The notes under the pieces are model-generated. The model was not told the DNA's origin. It saw nothing but the letters and a program-made list of their open reading frames with translations, and ran no database searches. Positions 28,833 to 38,386 of a stretch of DNA of 64,000 nt are shown here, piece after piece. Numbering within the stretch: position 1 is the stretch's first letter; each line of letters begins with the position of its first letter. Origin of the DNA: Macrostomum hystrix (lineage: Eukaryota > Animalia > Platyhelminthes). The stretch is taken from NCBI GenBank assembly GCA_950097015.1, contig CATNEN010000014.1, positions 434,001-498,000 on the forward strand, given 5' to 3'. Made by a program: the position numbers and the translations under genes.

Positions 28833-30308
28833 CACTGTACTTGGATAGTTAAGGCTTCACTCTGATTTGTGCCATTGTATATCTAGTTAGACTTCGACAT
28901 TGCGATTGCGAGATTGCAACACTGCGATTAATGCGGTAGAGCTTCACCTAATCAGAGTTGACCTTTAGCTTACTTATTGTTCCCATCCGCATGCAAGAAT
29001 TGAATCGAAACCACCGTGTAAAATCCATACAACGTCCTCCCTCTTCCTGCAGAGTGTATGGCTTTCTCCCCTCCGAGAGCTTCCCCTCCGTATGGCACGG
29101 CCATAAGTTTTGCAAGCTCGAGTGCTTGAGGGTAACTTAAAAAAGTTGATTTCAGAACCTTTTATTCCGGCGATTGACCTCAATGATTGCTTGCGTGTCC
29201 TCGACCAGTTGCTGTGCATTAGCAATCGCGCACCAGAACAGGCAATTTCAGCTGATCAGCAGATTGCGCGTTGTGCACATTGTGCACCTGTCTACTGCCA
29301 GTAGTCTGGACAGAAAACTGCTCAGCAGCACGAATTTGCTCCCGCAGGCATTCAGCGGCATTCGATCGTTAGTGAGCCAGTTCTTTGATCTGGAAATTGT
29401 GCGCAAAGAAGTGCGCTAGGAACTGCAATGAGCTCATGCGGCCCCACAAAGTGACATGAGCATATACGGGAGCTGAGTACCCAGCTCACCGCTCAGCGGG
29501 CATCATCCGCGGAACCAACAGGATCGATATCCTCCGCGCGTGCGTGGGTGCGGCTTCGCAAAACCGATCCCTAGAAAAGCCACATGTGGGAAGAGTCGAC
29601 TGGCTCTCTCTGGTCAGCAACTCGCTAGTGGGAGAAATATTAAGAATGCGTCGCATTAGGGGAAAATAATTAGCAATCAAACCAAGGATTTTCATCCCAT
29701 CGGGAAGAATAGAAAAAATAATAACTATACGCTCGGTACAATGAGCATGCACAAAGGAGTGGAAAAGATAAGGGGATATTTTTTTCTCGGAATCCAAATG
29801 AAATAATGAACGAAAGGATTTAGGTAGCGAGGCTATTTCGGCTGTAGCATGTCTGTCCCAATAACATGGCCGGGCCGCCGCTTGACAAAGCGAGGCGAGT
29901 TGAGAATGCGAAAATCGTGAACTGCAAGGAGCTTTCTTTGACTCAGCAAAATTTAGTGTTAGTCATTTGTGCTTTTCTTAGCAAACTTTCGCCCGCTTAC
30001 AACCAGTTTTGACGTACTCGAAGCACAACGCTGAAGCGATCATATTCGGACTGTGACGGGCACTATACGGCCTACAGGAAGGAACGAAAAGCACTTAGCA
30101 TTTGTGGCAAAAGTACTTATTACAAATTACAACTTGTAGAATTATCAGAAGGATACTGCTGTGGTCGTGAAGTGCTCAGATGAACTGAGAGAAACTGACC
30201 AAGCCAGCTTCTTGGACAGATGCGGAAAACCAGGACGCGCGGAAGAAGTCTTCTATCGTTGTGCAGCGGCTTTGAGCCAGCCTCTCCCTGCCATTACCGC
30301 CAGCCTTC

Positions 30309-30465
30309 AGAGATGCCAATCCACCTTATTTTTAAGCAGGCTCCGTGGTAACCCATAGAGATGCCAGTCCACCTTATTTTTAAGCAGGCTCCGTGGTAAC
30401 CCATAGAGATGCCAGTCCACCTTATTTTTAAGCAGGCTCCGTGGTAACCCATAGAGATGCCAGTC
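30309..30465. repeat. 48-bp minisatellite, left part (about 3 copies), interrupted by the Polinton
   Basis: AGAGATGCCAGTCCACCTTATTTTTAAGCAGGCTCCGTGGTAACCCAT units ending in CCAGTC. Confidence 0.95.
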
Positions 30466-30951
30466 AGTAGTATGCAAGAGGGGGCTTCTAGGACAAAAAT
30501 AATCGCAGCCTCCATTATCCACAAACCATTACTTTTATTATTCCCGAAGAGATCAGGAAAAAAAGGGTCCTCGCCCCTCTAAAAACTCCGTCTCCATATT
30601 CTAAATTCTCTACTTTTAATATCCCACATCAGTTTGTAAGTTGAATATCTAGGACAAAAATTATCGCAGCCTCCTTAATGCACAAACCATTACCTTTCCT
30701 GAAGGAACAAGGTTCCCCCACCAAAAAATCTGTCTCTACAGTTTTTGAACTTGGACAAAAAAATTATCGCAGCCACTCCCTAAGAGATCATGCACAAAAT
30801 AGCGAAGCTGCAAAAAGCGTGCCAAGACAATCAAATTAGCACTAAAATCCCAATCAAGACCCCAAACATAGGGTGCTCATCCTCCGAAAAAAAATATATT
30901 CTCATTTAAAATGCTCCCAATCATCTCTCCAGGATCTTATTACAAAAGTCA
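30466..30951 (+). repeat. Left terminal inverted repeat of the Polinton
   Basis: Reverse complement of 44098-44585. The outer ~400 bp appear identical by eye, with a few mismatches inward. Confidence 0.95.
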
Positions 30952-31076
30952 AGCAGAAGTTGAACTGCTAATAAGAAATTTTTGAAGTTACTAACTTTGA
31001 TTTACATTTTGGTTGAATAATTTCGTCGAAAAATAAATTATGCGCTTCAACATACAAATAAAAAGTGCTTCAAAAC

Positions 31077-31295
31077 GATTCTAATTTATTCTTTGAAGAT
31101 TCAAATTTATTCTTTGAAGATTCAAATTTATTCTTTGAAGATTCAAATTTATTCTTTGAAGATTCAAATTTATTCTTTGAAGATTCAAATTTATTCTTTG
31201 AAGATTCAAATTTATTCTTTGAAGATTCAAATTTGTTCTTTGAAGATTCAAATTTGTTCTTTGAAGATTCAAATTTGTTCTTTGAAGATTCAAAT
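31077..31295. repeat. 21-bp tandem array (GATTCAAATTTATTCTTTGAA, about 10 copies) inside the Polinton
   Basis: Visible tandem array. Confidence 0.95.
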
Positions 31296-31425
31296 ACGAG
31301 TATTCTTAAGCAACAAGAAAAATCGGATTCGAACCACAGGCTAAAAGTTTGCAACTGCATGCCAACCACACGCCATACCAACTATGCCAGCGAGCGATCT
31401 CTAGCCAGTACGATGGAACTCCTAT

Positions 31426-31884
31426 TTAGCCTGCAAATGTGGGTTCTGCCTTCTCAACCCCCAGCTCTTTCAGCAGTCTTCCCAGTTCTTTATTTGGCGC
31501 ATTCAATATAAAGCCAATTCCACCAAGCCCCAACCCCAACTTTGTCTTACCAAAAATAACAGCTTTAACTAGCTTCCGAGCGATCGATTCCCTCCACCCG
31601 CTTGAAGCCCCCATATTGTCTAGCATTCTGAGCATTTCTTTGTCCCAGCGAGTCTTCTCCTCTGGAAAATCCCTATACTTAATATCATGCCACATGCAGA
31701 CAGAGTCTAGCTCGTTCACAGGCTCATGCCCAGGATTTGGATTATTGTTTTTATCTAGCTGTATTTCAAGCGGATTCAAAGGCCCGCAATATTTGTAGCC
31801 GGGAATTGTCCAGCCTTTGTTTGGATGAGGAAGCTTTTCTACCAGTCCATGTGAGTCTAAGTTTCCACCAGAGCGTTGCATCAT
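31426..31884 (-). CDS. Parvovirus VP1u-type phospholipase A2 of the Polinton, 152 aa
   Basis: PGYKYCGPLNPL Ca-loop-like motif, PVNELD and HDIKY (HDxxY catalytic motif). Confidence 0.88.
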   Translation of the reverse strand: MMQRSGGNLDSHGLVEKLPHPNKGWTIPGYKYCGPLNPLEIQLDKNNNPNPGHEPVNELDSVCMWHDIKYRDFPEEKTRWDKEMLRMLDNMGASSGWRESIARKLVKAVIFGKTKLGLGLGGIGFILNAPNKELGRLLKELGVEKAEPTFAG

Positions 31885-31910
31885 TTTTATAAAAAATTAA
31901 ATAAAAAATA

Positions 31911-32900
31911 ATGGCAGATCAGAAACTTCAAAAGCTCTACTACAGCGACAAAGGATTCTTTGTAGGAAAAAATGCAGTCACCAAACTCGCGGAACTAAGT
32001 AATGAATCAAAACAAACAGTTGAAAGATGGCTCTCTAAGCAAGCAGTTTACCAAGTCTATTTCCCACCTGTTAAATTTACAAGACCTCACTTTAACATCT
32101 ATAAACCTAATGAAGCGCACCAAGCAGATCTTCTGTTTCTCCCCAATGACTCAGGCTACAAGTATGCGCTCACAGTTATAGACATTGCCTCCAGATATAA
32201 GGAAGCGAGACCGCTTAAGACTAAGAAGTCAGAAGCAGTAGCAGCTGCCCTCCAAGACATTTACAAAAACTCACCGCTCACACACCCGCAAACCTTTATG
32301 ACTGATCCTGGCAAAGAATTCATGGGGGCAGTCAAATCCCTTATGGAAAAGAACAATACGAAAATGCGCTACGGAAGAACTGAGCTCCATAGAGACCAGG
32401 CTTTTGTTGAAAGATTCAATCTAACTCTAGCAAAGAGACTTTTCACAAAGCAGACAGCTGAAGAGCTGAAACTAAAAAGTGGCCAATACTATACCAAGTG
32501 GACAGAAAGACTCCCCGCAGTAATAAGTCAACTGAACAATGAAGTATCTCGAATGACAAACCTGAAACCAAATACTGCCATCAAACAAGACACAGTTAAA
32601 TCAAAACATCCGATCGCCCAATTCCCAATTCCAAAGCTCCCTGGCGTTTATTCTCCGGAAATTCTTACTAACTCTGAATTCGTTCGCTTCCTTTACTTAC
32701 CAGGAGAGCTGGAGAAGGACACAAAGAGAAGAGCAACAGACCCATACTTTAGTCTTGATGTACATAAGATAAACAGGCATTTCACATCAGCATCCGGTGA
32801 TTACTATTTTCTATCCCAAGACTTTAATTCAAAAGCCCCCACACGATCATTCACAAGGGCTGAGCTTCTAGTGATTCCACATGACACAGAAATAAATTAA
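31911..32900 (+). CDS. Retroviral-like (rve) DDE integrase, 329 aa
   Basis: HQADL, TDPGKEF and VERFN give an intact D..D..E triad with ~35-residue spacing; Polinton-type C-terminus. Confidence 0.93.
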   Translation: MADQKLQKLYYSDKGFFVGKNAVTKLAELSNESKQTVERWLSKQAVYQVYFPPVKFTRPHFNIYKPNEAHQADLLFLPNDSGYKYALTVIDIASRYKEARPLKTKKSEAVAAALQDIYKNSPLTHPQTFMTDPGKEFMGAVKSLMEKNNTKMRYGRTELHRDQAFVERFNLTLAKRLFTKQTAEELKLKSGQYYTKWTERLPAVISQLNNEVSRMTNLKPNTAIKQDTVKSKHPIAQFPIPKLPGVYSPEILTNSEFVRFLYLPGELEKDTKRRATDPYFSLDVHKINRHFTSASGDYYFLSQDFNSKAPTRSFTRAELLVIPHDTEIN

Positions 32901-32917
32901 ATTTTTTTAAAAATAAA

Positions 32918-33334
32918 ATGATTGAAACCAGAACCGTGAATAAAATCAGCCGAATTATCGACTCTAAGAAGCCAGGAGTTGTATCAATTAAAGGTGTCAA
33001 AGTCAAAGTAGATCCAATCCAGCAAATGATCCATTGTAACAATCAAACGCACAATATCACTGATGAGAAGACAGGTGGGATTCTTCCTTTGCTAACTCTT
33101 ATCCCCATCATCGCAGGTGCTCTTGGTGCTGCAGGAGGTGTAGCCGGCGGAGTTGCATCAGCTGTGAAGGCTGGCAATGACAGAGCACATCAACAAGAGA
33201 TGGAGAAAATCGCTAGAGAAAAAGGAGTCAGAATCGGGGGTAGTTGTGAATCTGATGATGAAGTCAGCAAATCAGAAATCGTTAAAGCCATCATGACACT
33301 GCATAAAGCAGGATTTACAATACTCCGGATGTGA
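32918..33334 (+). CDS. Adenovirus protein X (pX/mu precursor)-like core/membrane-active protein, 138 aa
   Basis: TGG-ILPLLTLIPIIAGALGAAGGVAGGVASAV closely resembles the mastadenovirus pX C-terminus GG-ILPLLIPLIAAAIGAVPGIASVA. Confidence 0.7.
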   Translation: MIETRTVNKISRIIDSKKPGVVSIKGVKVKVDPIQQMIHCNNQTHNITDEKTGGILPLLTLIPIIAGALGAAGGVAGGVASAVKAGNDRAHQQEMEKIAREKGVRIGGSCESDDEVSKSEIVKAIMTLHKAGFTILRM

Positions 33335-33458
33335 AAACAGAACAGAACAGAATCTGCTCTCATAACTATATTTAGCACTGTTGGTAGTAGTTTGCCATAC
33401 TTTGCACTTCACTTGAGGGTGACCACCCTAAATTTTTTTTATAAAATTTTTATTAAAA

Positions 33459-36400
33459 ATGCCTAAAGCAATTCCAGAAAAAAAATTTGTCGAATCTTTC
33501 TTTCAAAATTATTGTCCTCAAGCCTCTTCTTTTCAGCAGAAAAGTAAAGTTTTGCAAGAGCTTTGCAGGCAGAAATTCAATACAGATCCAGGCTACCTCG
33601 GGAGCTATGCAAAGATGCAAGAAATTATTAATCAGCTTCTGCATTCAGAGCAGTACACACCCGTGATGAACCCTGCAGCTGAGCATCAACAAAAGAGCCG
33701 CAGCTTAGTCAATAAGTATGAGACACTCACAGGTCAAAATGTGTTGAAATACCCACAGAATAAGCAAGAGCAAGAAGATCTAGAACGTACAATCCACCAG
33801 GTTGAAGCAGAGCTACAAGTAGAGCTACAAACTGAAGACCTTAAATTTGCACAGAGAAAATTCACAGAGTATTATATTGAGTACACAATACAGGAAGACA
33901 CCACAAATTCCCAATCCGACATTTACGACTTCAAAGACAGAATTCAATCAGTAATTGATCACACACTGAAGTCACGTAAGACCTTCAAGCTTCAGTTATC
34001 ATTCAAGATTGAATTTTACATGCCTGCAAAACCCACTGAGCGTCTTGAATACTACATGACTACTAAAGCTCTACCCTTTACTCCCACTGACACACAGGAT
34101 CCCTTTCTTCAAGAGATCAGTAAAAAGATTGACGCCTTTACTTCCAGAGGATCAGGTTGGGTTGTCAATGGCATTCAAAAAGCTACAGTAATGATCATGA
34201 AATATGACCCTCTCAAAGCTTCATCATATATTGAGCTCCCGAAAAAGCTAGCGAGTAAAAAAGCTTGCATCAATGTGCAAAATGATGACCAATGCTGCGC
34301 ACTATGGGCCGTTCTGTCTGCAATATTGTATGAGAAAGATCAAGCCCACCCAGAGAGAACTTCTCATTATAAAATGTATTTTGACGCAAAACTTTTAGAA
34401 TGCCGTGCTAAAGGAATTTCCTTCAATAGAGGCGGCTTGGCAATCGATCAAATCCCAAAGCTAGAGGAAGTATTTAACAATAAAATCAGAATCACAGTCT
34501 TTGAATGGAATGAGAAGAGCGAAAAAGTACAATTAGTCAGAGCCAGTAAAAACACGCTAGATCCTGAAGGTAGGCGTCGCATAGATGTCGATCTTCTAAT
34601 CATAGGTGATTTGCGAGAAAATGCCCACTACGTTTGGATTAAAGATCTTTCCAGGCTCCTCCACAAGCAAATGAACAATCATCATGAATCGGTAGCAATC
34701 TGTCGTCTTTGTCTGAAGCATTATAGTGGACCCGATCGTGATGAAAAACTTAAAGAGCATGAACTGACCTGTGAAGATCATCCAACCAACTGCACACTTC
34801 CAACGGATAAGCATCTCAGATTTAAGAGTTATCACAAGATGGAGAAGCTCCCGTTTATAGTATACGCTGACTTTGAATGCACTATAAACCCTGAAACCAA
34901 TAAGCATGTCCCAAATTCTGTTGCGTATCTCTTTATTGGAAGAGACTCTTTTATTTGCTCAAACTATTTCTTAGGTGACCAGTGTGTTGAACAATTCATT
35001 TACTCGATGATGGAATTACAGAAAAATGTTGCTGCCATTCAGCCTGTTCAAATAATTATGTCCGATCAAGATGAAATCGACTTCGGATCTGCAACTCCTT
35101 GTCACATTTGCCGAAAGCTATTAACACCCTGCGACGCCAAAAACCACACAGTCAGAGACCACGATCACTTCACAGGAAAATTTAGAGGGGCAGCTCATAA
35201 CACCTGTAATCTGAAACTTCAGAAAAACATCCACGACCTTACCATTTTCTTCCATAACGGAAGGGGATATGATTATCACTTATTGGTTGAGAAGCTGGGT
35301 ATGATACCAGGCATTAAACTAGATTGCATCGCAGAGAACAAAGAAAAGTTCAAGTGCATTGATATTAAGCGAGATTCAGGCAAGATTAAGATCAAAGATT
35401 CATTCCAGTTTCTGGCCGCCAGTCTCGATGCTTTGAGTAAAAATCTCACCGATGACCAATGTACTTATACCAAGATGCTGGCAGATTCCCTCAATCCTAG
35501 AACCCCAGATTCATTTAAGTTTCTTAGAAAGAAAGGTGTCTACCCTTATGAATGTAATCACGTCTTTGCAGAACCACTACCACCCAAGGACAAGTTCTTT
35601 TCAAAGCTAACAAACTCTGGGATTTCTGATGAAGATTATGAGCATGCTCAGACTGTTTACAAACATTTTAACTGTCGAAACTTTCTTGATTATCACATGC
35701 TTTACCTTTGGACTGATGTCTTTCTTCTAGCTGATGTATTTGAAACCTTTAGAAAGACCTGGTACTCTGCTTATGGTCTTGACCCTGCTCATTATGTGTC
35801 TTTGCCTGCTACCAGTTGGGAATCATTGCTTAAAATGAAATGGGATCAAAATCCCAACTGGTACATCGAGCTGCTTACAGACATAGACATGTACAACTTT
35901 ATAGATTCATCTAAGAGAGGGGGCATCTCAATTTGTGTCCATAGGCATGCAAAGGCGAACAATCCGTATCTAGAAGACTATGATAAAGAAAAGCCTTCAA
36001 ACTACATCCTTTACCTGGATGCCAACAACCTCTATGGTTGGGCTATGAGCCAAGATTTACCTGTTAGAGATTTTAGGTGGCTAGATACTTATAAACTCGA
36101 CTTTTCAATACCTGCGATCTATGAAGTTGATGTTGAAATCCCAAGGGAACTTCACGACGATTTCTCTGACTTTGCCCCCTTCCCTGAGAACATTAACTGT
36201 CCAAAGATAATCCAGTACAATGATGGAAGCTGGCAGCTATCTGAAAAAGAAAAAGAGCGTGTGAAAAAGTTAACACAAAATCTCATGAACAAGACACGCT
36301 ACATCATTCATTACAAACTGTTGCGGTATTTTATCTCCCTAGGCTGCAGGGTCACGAATGTTCACAGGGCTCTCGCATTCACAGAAGAAGCGTGGATGAA

Positions 36401-37265
36401 ACCATACATAGAAAAAAACACCCAGTTTAGAACTAAAGCAACAAACAGCTTTGACAAGGACCTGTTCAAGCTTGCAAACAACTCTGTCTATGGCAAGACC
36501 CTAGAAAACGAACGCAACCGCACGAACCTGAAGCTCGTTACCTGTTATGAGCCTGGTACTATTCAGACAAGTTTATCAAAGCCCACTTTCAAAGAGCTTC
36601 ATATCTTTAATGATTACTTGGGTGCCATACTGTTCTATAAGACTAAAGTTACCCTATGCAAGCCGATATTCACAGGTGTGACTGTACTTGACGAATCGAA
36701 GCGCCTGATGTATAAATTCTTCTATGACATGAAGCGGCAATATGGTGAGCAACTGAAACTTCTATATACTGACACAGACTCCCTAATTCTAAACATACAG
36801 ACTGAGGATGTCTATCAGGACATGTTGAATCAAAAACATCTGTATGACCTATCCGAATATCCAGAGTCCTTCAAGACTTTGAAAGGCGATCAAGTACGCG
36901 ACACTGGAAATCAAAAAGTTGTAGGAAAAATGAAGGATGAAACGGCTGGCACCCTCATTACAGAGTTTATCGGTTTGAGGGCAAAGTCCTATTTTGTAAA
37001 AAGTTGTAAGTCTACCATTAAAAAATCAAAAGGAATCCCAAAACATGTTGTTAAAAACGATCTCCATGAAGCTTCATACAAGGACGCATTGATCAATAAT
37101 AAAAGTACTACTCATGAATTTATGAAACTGCAGTCTAAGAACCACAACATTCACACAATTCAACAGAAGAAGATAGGCCTCTCAGGTGCCGATAACAAAC
37201 GACATATCTTTGATGACAACATTAACAGCCTACCATTTGGACACTATAGATTAAATAATTTGTAA
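33459..37265 (+). CDS. Protein-primed family B DNA polymerase, 1268 aa, with an endonuclease VII-like insertion
   Basis: ExoI YADFE, ExoII FHNGRGYD, ExoIII YLWTDVFLL; Pol motifs YLDANNLYGWAM, KLANNSVYGK, YTDTDS and GKMKDE. Confidence 0.96.
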   Translation: MPKAIPEKKFVESFFQNYCPQASSFQQKSKVLQELCRQKFNTDPGYLGSYAKMQEIINQLLHSEQYTPVMNPAAEHQQKSRSLVNKYETLTGQNVLKYPQNKQEQEDLERTIHQVEAELQVELQTEDLKFAQRKFTEYYIEYTIQEDTTNSQSDIYDFKDRIQSVIDHTLKSRKTFKLQLSFKIEFYMPAKPTERLEYYMTTKALPFTPTDTQDPFLQEISKKIDAFTSRGSGWVVNGIQKATVMIMKYDPLKASSYIELPKKLASKKACINVQNDDQCCALWAVLSAILYEKDQAHPERTSHYKMYFDAKLLECRAKGISFNRGGLAIDQIPKLEEVFNNKIRITVFEWNEKSEKVQLVRASKNTLDPEGRRRIDVDLLIIGDLRENAHYVWIKDLSRLLHKQMNNHHESVAICRLCLKHYSGPDRDEKLKEHELTCEDHPTNCTLPTDKHLRFKSYHKMEKLPFIVYADFECTINPETNKHVPNSVAYLFIGRDSFICSNYFLGDQCVEQFIYSMMELQKNVAAIQPVQIIMSDQDEIDFGSATPCHICRKLLTPCDAKNHTVRDHDHFTGKFRGAAHNTCNLKLQKNIHDLTIFFHNGRGYDYHLLVEKLGMIPGIKLDCIAENKEKFKCIDIKRDSGKIKIKDSFQFLAASLDALSKNLTDDQCTYTKMLADSLNPRTPDSFKFLRKKGVYPYECNHVFAEPLPPKDKFFSKLTNSGISDEDYEHAQTVYKHFNCRNFLDYHMLYLWTDVFLLADVFETFRKTWYSAYGLDPAHYVSLPATSWESLLKMKWDQNPNWYIELLTDIDMYNFIDSSKRGGISICVHRHAKANNPYLEDYDKEKPSNYILYLDANNLYGWAMSQDLPVRDFRWLDTYKLDFSIPAIYEVDVEIPRELHDDFSDFAPFPENINCPKIIQYNDGSWQLSEKEKERVKKLTQNLMNKTRYIIHYKLLRYFISLGCRVTNVHRALAFTEEAWMKPYIEKNTQFRTKATNSFDKDLFKLANNSVYGKTLENERNRTNLKLVTCYEPGTIQTSLSKPTFKELHIFNDYLGAILFYKTKVTLCKPIFTGVTVLDESKRLMYKFFYDMKRQYGEQLKLLYTDTDSLILNIQTEDVYQDMLNQKHLYDLSEYPESFKTLKGDQVRDTGNQKVVGKMKDETAGTLITEFIGLRAKSYFVKSCKSTIKKSKGIPKHVVKNDLHEASYKDALINNKSTTHEFMKLQSKNHNIHTIQQKKIGLSGADNKRHIFDDNINSLPFGHYRLNNL

Positions 37266-37295
37266 CAAAATTTGTTACAAAAATTTGTAAAAAAA

Positions 37296-37694
37296 ATGAC
37301 AACTAATATTTATTTAGAAGAGCTAGCTCAGCAATTAAAAATCCCAAACTTCAGAGGCGTCTTTATGAAGGATACACTGCCAGAAACCCCACTAGAAAAA
37401 GAATGTGGAATCATGAACTTTGACCCTGCAGAAAAGCCAGGTTCTCATTGGGTTTGTTGGGTAATTGATCCGAACCGTAAACACAAGTACTATTACTTTG
37501 ATAGCTATGGAACTGCTGTACCTGAACAACTGAGAAATTATATGACTCATATGAGACATAAAATATACCGCTCAGATTTTATACTCCAAGGGCTTAACAG
37601 TGATATTTGTGGTGAGCTATGTATGACTGTTTTGTATGCAATGACCCACACCCGAAAGAGTTACAAAGAAATCATTTTAGGGCTGAAAAAATAA
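37296..37694 (+). CDS. Adenain-like (C5/Ulp1 fold) maturation cysteine protease, 132 aa
   Basis: GSHWV, YFDSYG and QGLNSDICG give an intact H/D/C triad plus the oxyanion Gln. ATG at 37296 follows an A-run. Confidence 0.92.
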   Translation: MTTNIYLEELAQQLKIPNFRGVFMKDTLPETPLEKECGIMNFDPAEKPGSHWVCWVIDPNRKHKYYYFDSYGTAVPEQLRNYMTHMRHKIYRSDFILQGLNSDICGELCMTVLYAMTHTRKSYKEIILGLKK

Positions 37695-37719
37695 TTTTTT
37701 TAGGTCCCGTTAGGTCCTG

Positions 37720-38355
37720 TTAGGTCTTGTTCATTTTCGCTACTTTCGCGACATGCTGTTTGAACACATTCTCCAGATCATTTCTTAGCTGGCTCATTTC
37801 ATCAATGGTATTTAGATTAAGCCTAACTCGTTGCTCATAGAGGTCTTGAATGTTTTTAAACTCATCCTCTGAAATGAACTTGTCTTCAATCGCCTTTGAG
37901 ATGTACCCGATGATAGAGCTTTGTACTGATTTCTCATTTGTTTGCTTCGCATGTAGATGCTTTAGCTTTTGTCGTCTGTTCCGTGATAGTGCTCCTGTAA
38001 CTGCTGAAATCAGACCACATGTGGCACCAGCAGCTCCGAGTGGAATGGCGATTGGCACAGTGATTACTGGAATTGTTGAAACAGCAGCTGCTGATCCCGA
38101 TAGAACAGATACAGATCCAAGAAGCATATTAAGGTAATCGAAGACCTTGCACTCTCTATTATAGCGCTTCAGTTTCTTGGTATTATGATCAATTTGCCGT
38201 TTAATATCATCTCGCATCTTTTGAATCTCCACCAATCTGAATTGCTGCGAGTTGCAAGTGAAAGTAACTGGGGTTGGGTAGATGGGTTGGTAAGGAGCAC
38301 TAGGTTGGCTTGGAGGCGCACTAGGTTCATATAGAGAGTTAATTTTTTCAGACAT
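37720..38355 (-). CDS. Polinton accessory protein with N-terminal PSAP motifs, coiled coil and hydrophobic hairpin, 211 aa
   Basis: Intact ORF with an AAATG start context; FRLVEI...hydrophobic hairpin...ISKAIEDKFISEDEF is a pattern I recall from Polinton proteins. Confidence 0.75.
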   Translation of the reverse strand: MSEKINSLYEPSAPPSQPSAPYQPIYPTPVTFTCNSQQFRLVEIQKMRDDIKRQIDHNTKKLKRYNRECKVFDYLNMLLGSVSVLSGSAAAVSTIPVITVPIAIPLGAAGATCGLISAVTGALSRNRRQKLKHLHAKQTNEKSVQSSIIGYISKAIEDKFISEDEFKNIQDLYEQRVRLNLNTIDEMSQLRNDLENVFKQHVAKVAKMNKT

Positions 38356-38386
38356 TTATTGAACGAAAAAAAATTATATAAATTTT

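Noticed and set aside
29174-29419. Possible terminal exon LISRLR...KEVR*
   Set aside because: No recognisable homology, and I could not link it to other exons.
31065-31511. ORFs with FEDSNLF / FESSKNK heptads in the provirus
   Set aside because: Non-ATG starts, generated by the 21-bp array, and lacking the element's A-run ATG context.
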